Origin: Eledone cirrhosa
Lineage: Eukaryota
Direction: 5' to 3'
DNA: 64,000 nucleotides
Assembly (NCBI GenBank): GCA_964016885.1
Contig: OZ024753.1
Location: 13,764,001-13,828,000, forward strand
A program made the translations under genes and the position numbers. Under the pieces are notes generated by a model that did not search any database, was not told the origin of the DNA, and saw nothing but the letters and a program-made list of their open reading frames with translations. This document shows, piece after piece, positions 26,916-38,296 of the stretch (position 1 is the first letter of the stretch; each line of letters opens with the position of its first letter).

Positions 26916-27441
26916 TTTTAGGTCCGTTTTTCCATGCTTGCATGGGTTCAGTAATATTACGTAAGTAAAATAGGGCTTCCATAAATTGTTTAGGTTTGTG
27001 TTTCTCCCTCCCGCCCTTTTTTTTGTTTCATGCCCCACTTCAGTTTTCAGAAAAACACCACACCACATGTGCCCCACCATAATGAGAGAAAGTTAGTATG
27101 CAGTGTAATATGTGTGGCCCTATTCTGAAGTCCCCAACCCACCCACCCTCCTTGCCAAAATTCTGCCAGGCTCCATTGGTTGGGTGTGTGCCCCCACCTT
27201 GAGAATCACAAGTTTAGCTACTCTGAGCTTTTCGCACCTTTTATGTCCTTCTTGTTCTTGTCAGTTCCTCTAGATATCATAATTGCTCTGTCTTTCCTTC
27301 GTAAGATCTTCTTGTGAACTCGTATATCATACCTGCTAACTTAACACTTAACTATTTCATGCTTTCTATTTCATGATTTACTGTTCCCTCTCGCTCCACT
27401 AAGGTGGCGAATTGACAGTCGCTAAGACGTTGGATAGAATC

Positions 27442-27840
27442 ATCATCATCATTATCATCATCATCATCATTTTACGTCCGCTTTTTCCTGCTTGCAAGGG
27501 TGGGACGGGAACTGATTCTGGCTTGATTTCTACAGCTGGATGCCCTTCCTAACACCAACCTCATTTACAGTGAGTGGTGGGTGCTTTTTCCGTAGCACCT
27601 ACTTGTCCACTTTAAGGTGTGGGCTGGGTGCTTTTTTTGCTGTGGCACCTCCACGACCACTTTGCAGTGGAATGATAGGGACCCCAGTCCTTATCATCTC
27701 ATTTCTACAGCTGAATAAACTGGAGCAATGTGAAATAAAGTGTCTTGCTCAAGGAAACAACACATCACCCAGTCTGAGAATTGAACTCGCAACCTTTCGA
27801 TTGCAAGGCCAATGCTCTAACCACTAAGCCATGTGCCTCC
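27442..27840 (-). mobile_element. SINE family B
   Basis: Full head to (CAT)n tail. Confidence 0.85.
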
Positions 27841-28160
27841 AATGATTTACGGTATTCATTCCACCTCATTGCGCGCTCTGAGTTCAAAATCCCGCCATGG
27901 TCAACTTTGCCTTTCATCCTTTCGAGGCTGAGAAAAAAAGTAGCAGTCAAGTCCAGGGCTGGGGTTGATTCTCGCTCTGTAGAAAAAATTGGTTGTGTTC
28001 AGACCTGGAGAAGGTTGGGCTCTGCCAGGTTTAAATGTGCCCTTTGTGTACTCTGAGGTTATGAATAATCCTCCCCACACTGCTCATACCCCCCCCCCCC
28101 CCCTCTTTCCTGCTCTTATTCTAACACTCCGGCGAAATTTTATTTTAAGTGGTAGGCACA

Positions 28161-28600
28161 TGGAGGCATATGGCTTAGTGGTTAGAGCATTGGCTTTGCA
28201 ATCGAAAGGTTGTGAGTTCAATTCTCAGACCGGGTGATGTGTTGTTTCCTTGAGCAAGACACTTTATTTCACATTGCTCCAGTTTACTCAGCTGTAGAAA
28301 TGAGATGATAGGACTGGGGTCCCTATCATTCCACTGCAAAGTGGTCGTGGAGGTGCCACGGCAAAAAAGCACCCAGCCCTCACTGTAAAGTGGTCGTGGA
28401 GGTGCCACGGCAAAAAAGCACCCAGCCCACACTGCAAAGTGGTCGTGGAGGCGCCACGGCAAAAAAGCACCCAGCACTTACTGTAAATGAGGTTGGTGTT
28501 AGGAAGGGCATCCAGCTGTAGAAATCAAGCCAGAATCAGTTCCCGTCCCACCCTTGCAAGCAGGGAAAAAGCGGACGTAAAATGAAATGATGAATGATGA
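28161..28600 (+). mobile_element. SINE family B with a triplicated internal ~49-bp unit
   Basis: CACTGCAAAGTGGTCGTGGAGGTGCCACGGCAAAAAAGCACCCAGC occurs three times. Confidence 0.85.
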
Positions 28601-28831
28601 TGGTAGCATTCCTACGATAATTAATTCTCTTTATACATTAAAAAACATTATAAATGACCAAAAATGTACATTACAAGAAATAAATATACATTATAAAATA
28701 AATAGGATGGGTTGAGGTCTCAGTATGTAAACTAAATGACTAATTTAGGTTTTTAAAAATATCAACTGAGACAACCTAGAACAATTACCAATTCCCTGCT
28801 TATTCCAACTTCCTCCCTATTATTTGGGACT

Positions 28832-28884
<53 letters not shown>

Positions 28885-29426
28885 CATCTGAATTTGTATC
28901 CTCCAACTCACACTTACCTTCCACCTCTTGATCTCAGCTGAGAGGGATCTCTTGTCACCAGAAATAGTCTTTGGAGCTTGTCAAACTTAACCACAGTATG
29001 TGAAAATATGTGTGATGTCCAAATGAGTGTCCTCTACCTCTAGTTAATTTACCTATCACCTCATGGTCCCCAAAAATAAGTTGGAGCTTATCCAACTTAA
29101 CCCCAGCGTGTGTCTATATGTGTGACCCCCAAGCGAGTTTCCTCTACCTCCAATTACTCATTAGCATTTACATTCCTCTATATATACTATTGTTTTTTTG
29201 TGGTAAAGGCTTTACCTCACATAATATCTCACATAATATCGAATCTATGAGATTTTGATATTATTTATTTTGAGAACAATACCTTAACATCAGTATGAGC
29301 AGCTGGTTACGGCCTGTTTGAACTGAAAGAGGAGAGAGAATTCTGACTGGATATGGCCAGTTTAAATGCTAAAGAGTTAACTTATCTTCTGCCTCAAGGT
29401 CCCAGAACAGTTGGAGTTTGTTCAAC

Positions 29427-30086
29427 TTAACCCTTTACCATTCACATTACTCTATATATACTATTATATTTTAATGGTAAAGGCTTTACTTCACATAATT
29501 ATCTCACATAATATCGAATCTATGAGATTTTGAAAGTATTTATTTTGAGAACAATACCTTAACATCAGTTTGAGTGACCAGTTACAGCCAGTTTCAACAG
29601 AAAACGGTAGAGAATTCTGGCCGGTTTTGGCCGGTTTGAACATTAACCCTTTATCATTCACATTACTCTATATATACTATTATATTTTCATGGTAAAGGC
29701 TTTATATCGCATAATTATCTCACATAATATCGAATCTATGAGATTTTGAAAGTATTTATTTTGAGAACAATACCTTAACATCAGTTTGAGCGACCAGTTA
29801 CAGCCAGTTTCAACAGAAAACGGTAGAGAATTCTGGCCGGTTTTGGCCGGTTTGAACATTAACCCTTTATCATTCACATTACTCTATATATACTATTATA
29901 TTTTCATGGTAAAGGCTTTATATCGCATAATTATCTCACATAATATCGAATCTATGAGATTTTGAAAGTATTTATTTTGAGAAAAATACCTTAACATCAG
30001 TTTGAGCGACCAGTTACAGCCAGTTTCAACAGAAAACGGTAGAGAATTCTGGCCGGTTTTGGCCGGTTTGAACATTAAAGGGTTAA
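29427..30086. mobile_element. Head-to-tail trimer of the TTAA MITE
   Basis: Three ~216-bp near-identical units joined at ...AACATTAA-CCCTTT. Confidence 0.85.
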
Positions 30087-30340
30087 CCTCAGTGTTGGTA
30101 GACTGACGTGTGTGTGTGTATGGAGGGATGGGGGGTAAATCAGAAATTTGGGATGTCACATATTACAACCCATTCTCTAAAACCAACCTCATTACTTTGG
30201 CCACAAATTCCTGGGATTGGTAGATATCCAAATATTGGGATTTGGACCAACACCCCTCCTCCTTCTTCTCCCCACATAATTTTCCAGTTGATCAATTATT
30301 TATAATGCTTTCTTTAGAGAACACTCCCACCTCCCATTTA

Positions 30341-30342
30341 GT

Positions 30343-30373
<31 letters not shown>

Positions 30374-31240
30374 ACGGGTGTGGTGGTGGTGGGAGTGGAG
30401 ACTGGTGGTGGTGGTGGTGGTGGTGGTGGTGGTGGTGGTGGTGGTGATGGTGATGGTAGTGATGATGATGTGAGTAGTGGTCGTGGTGGTAGTGAAGACG
30501 GGTGTGGTGGTGGTGGTGGGAGTGGTGGTGATGGTGGTGGTGGAGATGGGAGTGATGGTAGTGGTGGTGATCATGGTGGTGGTGGAGATGGGAGTGATGG
30601 TGTTAATGGTGGTGTTAATGGGAGTGGTGGTGGTGGTGGTGGTAGTGGGGGTGATGATGATGATGATGGTGGAGGAGATGGGAGTGGGGGTGATGATGAT
30701 GATGGAGGAGATGGGAGTGATGGTGTTAATGGTGGTGGTGGTAGTGTTGATGGTGGTGGTGGAGGAGATGGTAGAGATGGTGTTAATGGTGGTGATGATG
30801 GTGATGGTGGTGTTGGTAGTGTTGTTGATGGTGGAGGAGGTGGTAGTGATGGTGTTAATGGTGGTGGTGGTGTTGATGGAGGAGATGGTAGTGATGGTGT
30901 TAATGGTGGTGATGATGGTGGTGGTGGTGGTGTTGATGGTGGAGATGGTAGTGATGGTGTTAATGGTGGTGATGATGGTGGTGGTGTTGGTGGTGGAGGA
31001 GATGGTAGTGATGGTGGAGGAGATGGTAGTGATGGTGTTAATGGTGGTGATGATGGTGGTGGTGTTGGTGGTGGAGGAGATGGTAGTGATGGTGGAGGAG
31101 ATGGTAGTGATGGTGTTAATGGTGGTGGTAGTGGTGGTGTTGGAGGAGATGGTAGTGATGGTGTTAATGGTGGTGGTGGTGTATTGATGGTGTCAGTAGC
31201 ACTGCAGGTCCTGCTGACAATGGTGTCGGTGGTGGAGGGT
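30341..31240. repeat. (GGT/GAT)n low-complexity tract with higher-order subrepeats
   Basis: Recurrent GGAGATGGTAGTGATGGTGTTAATGGTGGT blocks. Confidence 0.85.
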
Positions 31241-31367
31241 GGTTCTCTCTAAAACTAACTTACATCTGTTGCCTCGTCCAACCCAATCCTCTTAGACCCC
31301 CCCCCCCTCCAAAACAATTCATGTTGTGAGATAACCCTCACCCCAACCCTTATACACAGATATTACA

Positions 31368-32023
31368 ACACCACCACCATTGCTAACCCCCATCCCCCTC
31401 ATCATCACAATCACAACCACTGCCACCACCATCACCACCACGACCGCCACTATCAACTACCACTGCCACCACCACCACCACCACCACCACAACCACCGCC
31501 ACTGCCACCACCATCACCACTACCACCAGCACCACCGCTACCACCATCACCAGTACTGCCATGACCACTACCACCGCCACCACCACACCACCATACCACC
31601 ACCACCACCACCACCACCACCATACCACCACCATACCACTACACCGCCATCACCACCACCACCACCACTACCACCACACCACCATCACCAGTACTGCCAT
31701 CACCACCATACCACTACACCGCCATCACCACCACCACCACTACCACCACACCACCATCACCAGTACTGCCATCACCACCACCACTGCCACCACCACACCA
31801 CCACCGCCACCACCACACCACCACCATACCACTACACCGCCATCACCATCACCACCATACCACTACACCGCCATCACCACTACCACCACACCACCATCAC
31901 CGCCACCACCACCACACCACCACCACCGCCACCACCGCCACCACCACACCACCACCACCACCATACCACTACACCGCCATCACCACCACCACCATACCAC
32001 CACTACCCCCACCACTACCACCA
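31368..32023. repeat. (ACC/CAC)n low-complexity tract
   Basis: Direct reading. Confidence 0.9.
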
Positions 32024-32174
32024 GGCTTTATTCACTGCAGGGGGTGTAGACTTTTGATACTCATTTATTTATTTAATTTTAAATGACAGCTGATACAGAG
32101 AAAGTTTATAAACATGTGTTTGCATTTATGTACACTAGCACATATCTGTGTGTGTGCATATGTAAACACACAAA

Positions 32175-32238
<64 letters not shown>

Positions 32239-32315
32239 AATATGTATGAATGAAGTAATTCCGTCGGAAAGGTCCAGGAAAAAAGAGTGCTCTATGTAAA
32301 TTACAGAGCTTATTA

Positions 32316-32591
32316 GTTATGTAATAAACAACATAAGATAATTATTTCATTTACCAGTGGTTTCTTGACAGCAACCAAAATTGCTTTCATTACTTTTTTT
32401 TAGACCTCATAGATGGGCAACAAGAGTAACTCATTTTAACTACATTTCTCTTAAATATCTTATAATATCTATGATTAGGGGGAAAATGCTTATCTAGGAG
32501 GTCAAGGAATGAATGAATGAAAGCAATTTTGGTTGCTTTCAAGAAACCACTGGTAAATGAAATAATTATCTTATGCTGTTTATTACATAAC
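32316..32591. repeat. Inverted repeat, ~75-bp arms and ~125-bp spacer (MITE or fold-back)
   Basis: GTTATGTAATAAACAACATAAG...GCTTTCATT versus AATGAAAGC...CTTATGCTGTTTATTACATAAC. A deleted relative lies at 58703-58815. Confidence 0.85.
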
Positions 32592-32593
32592 CG

Positions 32594-32626
<33 letters not shown>

Positions 32627-32926
32627 GCATATGTATATCTATACATTCGTATATTTGTATCTTTCTAAAGATATATATAGTAATAATAATTGTTTCTACT
32701 TTTGGCACATGGCCAGTAATTACCCAGTGCATTACTGGTACTTTATTTTATCAATCCCGTAAGGATGAAAGGCAAAGTTAACCTCGGCAGGATTTGAACT
32801 CAGAATGGTAAGGGCCGTAACTCCATGCGTTAAAGCATGGAGTTACGACCCTCTACCGCTACTGCCAATCCACCGCCCTAAATATATAGTAATAATAATA
32901 GTAATAATAAATGCGAAGACTAATAT

Positions 32927-32970
<44 letters not shown>

Positions 32971-33010
32971 CAAAATATTAACAAATGAAGATATTCACAT
33001 AATCAAAATA

Positions 33011-33082
33011 TATGCTTTATTATATATATTTCGAAGGTACTGTGTTGTTTTTTTCTAGCATGTCCTCGTCAGATAAAATATA
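33011..33082 (-). ncRNA. Type I hammerhead ribozyme motif (family 3, diverged copy)
   Basis: Minus strand TATATTTTAT-CTGACGA-GGAC...CTTC-GAAA-TATATA-TA-ATAAAGCATA. Flanks are homologous to 25770-25910; stem II is imperfect. Confidence 0.6.
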
Positions 33083-33209
33083 TGATTTGATATATGACAT
33101 ACCATTACGGTCTTGATATTTCAATTCCGGACACTGCCAACAACAGGATAACCTGTCTATCCCATGCTTGCGTGGAAGAACGGACATAAAACGGTGATGA
33201 TGATGATGA

Positions 33210-33690
33210 TCATCATCATTTTACGTCCGCTCTTCCTTGCTTGCAAGGGTGGGACGGGTCTTATTCAGCACAGCATCTCTCCACTCGTCACGGTCCTTCG
33301 TCATCTCCACCGTGAGCTTCAGCGATCTGAGGTCTGTTCTCACCACCTCCGCCCATGTTTTTCCTGGTCTACCTCTACCTCGTCTTCCTTCAACTGGCAT
33401 TTCCTGATACTTCTTCACCCATCGGTCATCCTCCATGCGCATCACATGTCCATACCACCTCAGTCTCCTCTCCCGTACACTACATTCTATCCCTCTCAGA
33501 CACAGTTTCTCTCTCAACACATTCATGCTGGATCGTTCACGCACATTGACATTGCACATCCAACGGAGCATGCTTGCCTCATTTCTCTCCAGCCATCACA
33601 TATCCTCTGCAGTTGCTGCCCATGTCTCACTACCATGCAGCATCGTGCTCCTCGCACAGGCATCATATAACCGGCCTTTCGTATGCAGGG
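33210..33690 (-). mobile_element. RTE-clade LINE 3' fragment
   Basis: ORF 33221-33571 MLRWMCNV...RRLRWYGHVMRM...VEGRRGRGRPGKTW is a typical RTE ORF C-terminus; it ends in a (TGA)n tail. Confidence 0.9.
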
Positions 33691-33752
33691 AGATGATGAT
33701 GATGATATATATAAATATGCCCGTCCCGTTAATCTATTTTATTTCTCATTCC

Positions 33753-33790
33753 GTCTTCTGATGAAGGACTAGCGTCCGAAACGTTAAGAC
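33753..33790 (+). ncRNA. Minimal type I hammerhead ribozyme motif (family 1, intact)
   Basis: GTCTT-CTGATGA-A-GGAC tagc GTCC-GAAA-CG-TT-AAGAC. Stem I is a perfect 5 bp, stem II is 4 bp, stem/loop III is the palindrome ACGT, and the triplet is GUU. Confidence 0.8.
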
Positions 33791-34750
33791 CCTCTTCCTG
33801 CTATATCAAGTGTTAACCTAATATATACCTTCCATATACTGTACCGATTGTGTTGTTTTTTCTGTTTACCTTTTACACATGTAAGTAAATATTTTTCCTT
33901 ATCTGATATTTTGTAACTAACCTTAGATAGATCGATAACGAAATATAGTTACGATGTATTATCGTCACCTAGAAACGATCGTAAAGCAGTGAAGTATATC
34001 TCTAATGACTTGAATTTTTATTTCATTGTTTTAACTTATATATATATATAAATCAATACCCCTTTCAATGTAAAGTTATTTTGGTACCACAACATACAGT
34101 CCTAAATAAATGAGGTTGTGTAGGTGTCATGACAAAAAAACACACAGTTCACGCTGTAATGTGGTTGTGTAGGTAACACGGTAAAAACCTCCCAGTCCAC
34201 ACTGTAAACGTGGTTGGTGTTAGGAAGGGCATCCAGCCATAGAAAACCTGCCAGACAGTCCTATACGAGCAAGACGACCAATCTTGCCTCACATAGGACA
34301 ATTCCCATCTAAACCCATGCTAGCATGGAAGATAGACATTAAATGATGATGACGCAGTAAGAAAATACCCAGTCCACACTGTAAAGTGGTCATGTAGGTG
34401 TCACAACAAAAAGCACCCAGTACTCACAGTAATTGAGGTTGGTGTTAGGAAGGGCATCGAGCTGTAGAAAGCAAGCCAAAATCAGTTCTGTATGAGCAAG
34501 ATATGGTCACCTGATCTGGCATTGCCCACAACAGGACAACTCGTCAAACCCATGTTAGTATGGAGAAATGGACATAAAATGGTAATGGTGATGATGTATG
34601 TATATATATATATATGTATGTGTATATGTTTGTGTATATGTATGCTGCCCTAACCAGTTTTGCTGATTTATGACTGAGGAATGGGCAAAAAGTCCAACTT
34701 CATATATAAGCTCAGACAGCTCATCAACTCATTATTTAGATAGCATAAAT

Positions 34751-37101
34751 GAAGGGTATGTAACATATTCCATTGGCGGGCCACTTTTGAACATTGGAAC
34801 AACTATTAGGGCCATTAATATTTATTAAGACTAATCCAAAGATTCACCACAACTTCTTTCCATAACATGGAACTGGGAAATTATAACACACGTAACCCTA
34901 TCAGTGAAGCCCTTTAGTATAGGTCAACTGGGAAATTATAACACACGTAACCCTATCAGTGAAGCCCTTTAGTATAGGTCAACTGGGAAATTATAACACA
35001 CGTAACCCTATCAGTGAAGCCCTTTAGTATAGGTCAACTGGGAAATTATAACACACGTAACCCTATCAGTGAAGCCCTTTAGTATAGGTCAACTGGGAAA
35101 TTATAACACACGTAACCCTATCAGTGAAGCCCTTTAGTATAGGTCAACTGGGAAATTATAACCCACATAACCCTATCAGTGAAGCCCTTTAGTATAGGTC
35201 AACTGGGAAATTATAACACACGTAACCCTATCAGTGAAGCCCTTTAGTATAGGTCAACTGGGAAATTATAACACACGTAACCCTATCAGTGAAGCCCTTT
35301 AGTATAGGTCAACTGGGAAATTATAACCCACATAACCCTATCAGTGAAGCCCTTTAGTATAGGTCAACTGGGAAATTATAACACACGTAACCCTATCAGT
35401 GAAGCCCTTTTATAGGTCAACTGGGAAATTATAACCCACATAACCCTATCAGTGAAGCCCTTTAGTATAGGTCAACTGGGAAATTATAACACACGTAACC
35501 CTATCAGTGAAGCCCTTTAGTATAGGTCAACTGGGAAATTATAACACACGTAACCCTATCAGTGAAGCCCTTTAGTATAGGTCAACTGGGAAATTATAAC
35601 ACACGTAACCCTATCAGTGAAGCCCTTTAGTATAGGTCAACTGGGAAATTATAACACACGTAACCCTATCAGTGAAGCCCTTTAGTATAGGTCAACTGGG
35701 AAATTATAACACACGTAACCCTATCAGTGAAGCCCTTTAGTATAGGTCAACTGGGAAATTATAACACACGTAACCCTATCAGTGAAGCCCTTTAGTATAG
35801 GTCAACTGGGAAATTATAACCCACGTAACCCTATCAGTGAAGCCCTTTAGTATAGGTCAACTGGGAAATTATAACACACGTAACCCTATCAGTGAAGCCC
35901 TTTAGTATAGGTCAACTGGGAAATTATAACCCACATAACCCTATCAGTGAAGCCCTTTAGTATAGGTCAACTGGGAAATTATAACACACGTAACCCTATC
36001 AGTGAAGCCCTTTAGTATAGGTCAACTGGGAAATTATAACCCACATAACCCTATCAGTGAAGCCCTTTAGTATAGGTCAACTGGGAAATTATAACCCACA
36101 TAACCCTATCAGTGAAGCCCTTTAGTATAGGTCAACTGGGAAATTATAACCCACATAACCCTATCAGTGAAGCCCTTTAGTATAGGTCAACTGGGAAATT
36201 ATAACCCACATAACCCTATCAGTGAAGCCCTTTAGTATAGGTCAACTGGGAAATTATAACCCACATAACCCTATCAGTGAAGCCCTTTAGTATAGGTCAA
36301 CTGGGAAATTATAACACACGTAACCCTATCAGTGAAGCCCTTTAGTATAGGTCAACTGGGAAATTATAACACACGTAACCCTATCAGTGAAGCCCTTTAG
36401 TATAGGTCAACTGGGAAATTATAACACACGTAACCCTATCAGTGAAGCCCTTTAGTATAGGTCAACTGGGAAATTATAACACACGTAACCCTATCAGTGA
36501 AGCCCTTTAGTATAGGTCAACTGGGAAATTATAACACACGTAACCCTATCAGTGAAGCCCTTTAGTATAGGTCAACTGGGAAATTATAACCCACATAACC
36601 CTATCAGTGAAGCCCTTTAGTATAGGTCAACTGGGAAATTATAACACACGTAACCCTATCAGTGAAGCCCTTTAGTATAGGTCAACTGGGAAATTATAAC
36701 CCACATAACCCTATCAGTGAAGCCCTTTAGTATAGGTCAACTGGGAAATTATAACCCACATAACCCTATCAGTGAAGCCCTTTAGTATAGGTCAACTGGG
36801 AAATTATAACCCACATAACCCTATCAGTGAAGCCCTTTAGTATAGGTCAACTGGGAAATTATAACACACGTAACCCTATCAGTGAAGCCCTTTAGTATAG
36901 GTCAACTGGGAAATTATAACCCACATAACCCTATCAGTGAAGCCCTTTAGTATAGGTCAACTAACAGGAAATTGTATTACAGTTATGAAAAAGATTCTAA
37001 ATAAGTCTACAAGATAAAAATTAAAAATGGTCATTGCGGACCACTCTGACTGGTTTGGCGGGCAGGATTGTGGCCCGCAGGCCGCCTGTTGCATGCCCCT
37101 G
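34751..37101. mobile_element. hAT MITE of the 6501-7030 family (opposite orientation) carrying an expanded satellite
   Basis: Both ends match the reverse complement of 6501-7030; no clear TSD. Confidence 0.8.
34871..36958. repeat. 55-bp tandem repeat, 38 units
   Basis: Unit AACTGGGAAATTATAAC(A/C)CAC(G/A)TAACCCTATCAGTGAAGCCCTTTAGTATAGGTC; one unit has a 2-bp deletion. Confidence 0.97.
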
Positions 37102-37943
37102 GCCAATACCATCGATTTTCTGATTACATATTCCTCGGCTTATATTCTAGTATATACATTATATTACTAGATTCCCCCCCAAAAATTCTCGACTATTTTC
37201 AAACTTATTTAAAAACCAGAGGCAGCACCTTTCATTGGAAATATGGTAACAAAATGGGTTAAATACTATGCACTCTGTACAAACTGAACCACATCATAAG
37301 CATAAATTAATATAATATTAGCCCACAAATGACTTTTACAGTTGGGTCTTGAAGAAAAGGATAACAGCTCTTTGGATATTTTCCCTGCTTAACGCTGCTT
37401 ATCAAAACTGGTTTGTTTGTATGTAGTAAACTATTTTACAGTCCAATGCATCTCCCATCCAACTACTCAGCAGATGTCATTATTCTACAAGAATGTTTCA
37501 CCTCTTTGTAACACAATCCATCTATAAGAGACGAGACACAAAGTCTTCTGTGAAGCTGCCCTTGCCCCCCAGCACTTCCCCCCCCCCTTCTTTTGCCCCC
37601 ACCTTTCCTTCCCCCTTGCAAAAAAAAAAAAAAGAAAATGTTATATGTATACGTTTACTTTAATAGGCACAACAACAACAGTTTTAGGGCCACACATGAG
37701 AAAAAATGGGAATGATGCTGATGATGGTGGTGGTGGTGATGATGATGATGATGATGATGATGGATCAATCATATGTAACATTTGATATGACTGGAGAGAA
37801 TATTCTTAGGAAGAGAGAGAGAGAGAGAGAGACAAACAGTTAATGGAGGAGGGTGGTGGTGGTGGGGTAATTCTCCACCACCACCACCACCACTGACATT
37901 TTCTCCTCTACTAGAATGTTACTAAATAAAGATATCACTATAT

Positions 37944-38296
37944 ATCACCATCATCATCATCACCTTTAGCATCATCACCATCATCATCATCACCTTTAGC
38001 ATCATCACCATCATTATCATCATCATCAGTATCCTCAGCACCATCATCACTATCATTACCATCATCATCACTGTCACCACCATCATCATCATCACCATCA
38101 CCATCACCACCACCACCTTCATCATCACCATCACCACCACCACCATATTCACCACCATCACCACCACCACCACTATCTTCATCATCACCACCACCACCAC
38201 CACCACCACTATCTTCATCATCACCACCACCACCACCACCACTATCTTCATCATCACCACCACCACCACCATATTCATCACCATCATCACCATCAT
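37944..38296. repeat. (ATC/ACC)n trinucleotide repeat
   Basis: Direct reading. Confidence 0.9.

Noticed and set aside
26593-26982. Asp/Gly-, Ser/Pro- and poly-His ORFs (also 21904-22089, 31380-32057, 37922-38303)
   Set aside because: Trinucleotide repeat artefacts open in several frames, without splice or homology support.
27221-27335. Minus-strand Lys/Arg-rich open frame after a CAG
   Set aside because: Weak acceptor, no recognisable homology, and purine bias explains the open frame.
28915-28995. Minus-strand AG|GTAAGT donor with an upstream open frame
   Set aside because: Upstream sequence belongs to a degenerate ~110-bp tandem repeat, and no acceptor was found.
34871-36958. CRISPR-like appearance of regular repeats (also the 48-bp and 93-bp arrays)
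   Set aside because: Units are contiguous with no unique spacers, there are no cas genes, and the context is eukaryotic.
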